Assembly: GCA_030867685.1 (NCBI GenBank)
Contig: JAQOWU010000007.1
Coordinates: forward strand, 496,001 to 560,000
DNA: 64,000 nucleotides
Direction of reading: 5' to 3'
Source: Wickerhamiella versatilis
Taxonomy: Eukaryota
Shown piece by piece: positions 62,401 to 64,000 of the stretch. How positions within the stretch are numbered: the stretch's first letter is position 1; each line of letters starts with the position of its first letter. The notes below the pieces were generated by a model, which did not search any database, was not told where the DNA came from, and saw only the letters and a program-made list of their open reading frames with translations. The position numbers and the translations under genes were made by a program.

Positions 62401-64000
62401 ACTAGATGAAACCCGTATTGAAGGTATCATAACTAATATTGACTATATCCGTCAAATTGTTTCATCTTCGATGTTTGTTGATGCTAGTATGCACACCAAG
62501 ATTTTGGATACTTGGTCGTATACTCCGCATGCTATCGAAGTCTTGCAGCCTGGTGGTTTATCCTCTATACAGGATTGGCCTGGCCGTCTGGGTCTTTGGC
62601 ACGTCGGAGTACCTCCCAGTGGACCCATGGATGATTTTGCTCATAGAGCAGCAAATTATGCAGTAGGAAATGACCCGCGAGCACCAGCAATCGAGTGCAC
62701 GCTCACCGGACCTACTCTCAAATTCCTAGCTCCGGCTACTGTTGCTATTACCGGCGGAGAAGCCCCTGCTACCTTGGATGCCAAAAATGTTGAGCTTTGG
62801 AAGCCTTTCACCGTTTCCCCCAACTCAACTTTGACTATAGGTAAACTCTCCAAAGGATGCCGTGTTTATATTGCCGTCCGAGGTGGAATCGATGTACCAG
62901 AGTATCTTGGATCTCGATCTACATTTGCGATGGGGCTTATTGGTGGATACAATGGCCGTACCCTGAAATTCGGCGATGTTCTCAATATTGCGCAGTCGGA
63001 GGTGCCTACATGCCAAATTCCGCCGCCTATTCGTGATCCATCTCCATTCGTTAATCCCCCAAGCTATGAATCAAAATGGGAAGTCGCAGCAGTCTGTGGT
63101 CCTCATGGGGAAGGATTCTTTACTCCTGAATACCTTCAGGAGTTTTTTTCCGCTGACTGGAAGGTCCATTACAACTCTAACCGGTTCGGTGTGCGATTAG
63201 TAGGTCCATCACCGACTTGGGCACGCGTTGATGGTGGTGAGGCAGGACTTCATCCTAGCAATGCGCATGACTATGTTTACTCTATGGGTGCAGTAAATTT
63301 CACTGGAGATGAGCCAGTGGTTCTAACATGCGATGGCCCGTCGTTAGGGGGATTTTTATGTGCTGCAGTCGTTGTATCTTCTGAGCTTTGGAAGTTTGGA
63401 CAAATGCGACCTGGCGATACAGTAAAGCTTGTTCCCGTTTCTTTCGACCAAGCTCATCGGTTGAATCATGCTGTAGAATCCATTTTGCAAGGGGAATCGC
63501 ACGAGCACCTGCCCAAAACTAGAGAGATGACGGACCCAATTCTGTATCAGGATGATCGGGTGTGTTTCCGTCAAGCCGGTGACAAGTATGTTCTTGTTGA
63601 GTTTGGAGAAAATGTTCTTGACATCGATGTCAGGTATCAAATTCACCGCCTGATTGAGATCCTCTCTGGCGAGTCACAAGTTGTGGAGCAGAGTCCAGGT
63701 GTCCGCTCTGTTCTGGTTGAATTCCGGGGCTCGCAATCATCCTTGGTTGAGAAGCTAAAATCTGCAGAGAGTCGTATTTCAACGACACATGACTGGAAGG
63801 TTTCTTCGAGAGTTATCCGCCTGCCTCTGGCTTTTGAAGACTCGAAGACCCTTAGCGCTGTTACGCGCTATTCAGAAACTGTTCGCTCAGAAGCTCCGTG
63901 GCTTCCTAATAATGTTGACTTCATTGCTAGAATAAATGGGGTACCTCGCCAGGTTGTCAGGAACGTGTTATATTCAGGTAAGTTCCTGGTGCTCGGCTTG
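59432..64000 (+). CDS. DUR1,2: Urea amidolyase (allophanate hydrolase plus urea carboxylase), 3'-truncated by the window end
   Basis: Read manually from ATG 59432: MTLGW, GVPFAVKDNID, GKTNLDQFATGLVG.RSPYG, GGSSSGS, LGTDTAGSGRVPA, LAVAGAHLSG, VLVANRGEIA, PGYGFLSEN, RDCSLQRRNQK, EVNARLQVEH, GLHPSNAHD; still in frame at base 64000 (FLVLGL). Confidence 0.96.
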   Translation, partial: MTLGWTVDEWHSAQVAGSGRQRLLDLVSKFDSENSKTHIWIHVATASEINAQWDELERLNKDLPLWGVPFAVKDNIDVKGMPTTAACPAFEYDPTENAFIVEKLRNAGAIVVGKTNLDQFATGLVGVRSPYGIATNSFSADRVPGGSSSGSAAIVGLGGVPFSLGTDTAGSGRVPAALNNLIGVKPTLGLWSTRGVVPACKSLDTATVFTLGLHDAQLVLSIASGYDPKCGYSRKAPETVPQSLPYRPLIGVPATTQFFGDDQNQSLYKNAITHLSQFADVQEVDCTSLYKLAKLLYEGPWVVERYHAVQDYISHPELMDPTVYKVIKQAENYSAVDVYDKEYLRQEIQRQAGELFKQVDLLCFPTCPLNPTVASVLAEPVKVNSQQGEYTNFVNLADLAALAVPSGFRKDGLPQGITFMGPAWSDYKLFNIAKRFLPEARPVGALSGERQLDSLYGPRELGLIPETIPLAVAGAHLSGMPLNWQLRKVHATLSFKTKTAPKYSVLALDTTPPKPGVVAGHSSIDVEVWNVPAGFLGEFLTWIPSPLALGQIELADGSKVTGFVCTTSDGKDITNIGWRSYVASKGGKPFTKVLVANRGEIAVRLIRTLKTLGIKSVAIYSESDRYAQHVKDADEAVDLHGVKPATTYLSFRKIIDACKATGAEAILPGYGFLSENPDFADLCEKEGIIFVGPSGAAMRALGLKHSARKIAREAGVPLVPGSDLVNSTEEALAEAKKIGYPVMLKSTAGGGGIGLQKVETEAELPNAFSTVKHQAQQYFGDAGVFVEAFVSNARHVEVQVLGDGKGGAASLGQRDCSLQRRNQKIIEETPAPGIRPELAQSMEAASRSLVSMLKYKCAGTVEYIYDAKREAFYFLEVNARLQVEHPITEEVFGVDLVELMLRLAADQNIFPLNLEPKGWAMEARLYAENPVRGFLPSPGQISGITWPKDSRIDGWVSKGTIVSSEYDPTLAKLIVKAPTREQCLKKLEKSLDETRIEGIITNIDYIRQIVSSSMFVDASMHTKILDTWSYTPHAIEVLQPGGLSSIQDWPGRLGLWHVGVPPSGPMDDFAHRAANYAVGNDPRAPAIECTLTGPTLKFLAPATVAITGGEAPATLDAKNVELWKPFTVSPNSTLTIGKLSKGCRVYIAVRGGIDVPEYLGSRSTFAMGLIGGYNGRTLKFGDVLNIAQSEVPTCQIPPPIRDPSPFVNPPSYESKWEVAAVCGPHGEGFFTPEYLQEFFSADWKVHYNSNRFGVRLVGPSPTWARVDGGEAGLHPSNAHDYVYSMGAVNFTGDEPVVLTCDGPSLGGFLCAAVVVSSELWKFGQMRPGDTVKLVPVSFDQAHRLNHAVESILQGESHEHLPKTREMTDPILYQDDRVCFRQAGDKYVLVEFGENVLDIDVRYQIHRLIEILSGESQVVEQSPGVRSVLVEFRGSQSSLVEKLKSAESRISTTHDWKVSSRVIRLPLAFEDSKTLSAVTRYSETVRSEAPWLPNNVDFIARINGVPRQVVRNVLYSGKFLVLGL

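Noticed and set aside
59371-63646. Series of short ORFs in the last 5 kb of the track
   Set aside because: They are shadows on or overlapping the long plus-strand DUR1,2 frame.

Overview
Gene-dense, almost intron-free eukaryotic DNA from a budding yeast (Saccharomycotina). The DUR1,2 urea amidolyase, a DGAT1-type acyltransferase, a GT31 glycosyltransferase, a Moco sulfur carrier and a bacterial-type enzyme point to an early-diverging lineage, possibly Trichomonascaceae (Wickerhamiella/Starmerella clade). That placement is inference only. There are about 40 protein-coding genes, mostly housekeeping (ADK1, PCF11, GGC1, MAP2, IPK1, HTD2, CYM1, RPF1, MSN5, COQ4, NCP1, SRP14, OMS1, RRP4, TRM5, UBX3, MDM12, EFB1, NOP12, epsin, DLT1, PDA1, DIB1, MRPL36, TPS2). 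The most unusual part is a ~6 kb accessory-looking block at 19.96-25.8 kb. It holds a bacterial-type thiamine-diphosphate acetolactate-synthase-family gene (candidate horizontal transfer) preceded by a 34-codon ORF with a Shine-Dalgarno-like site, an aspartic protease with no GPI signal, a promoter-like orphan segment, and a divergent anchor-less paralogue of the nearby cytochrome P450 reductase. Also notable: a MoaD/MOCS2A gene head-to-head with DUR1,2 (DUR1,2 is absent from the ORF track because it runs off the window), a 68-aa APC13-like gene overlapping NOP12, and extreme compaction, including a 38-bp gap between divergent genes. I recognised no tRNA, rRNA, CRISPR array or transposon. All calls rest on motif recognition by eye; no database searches were run.
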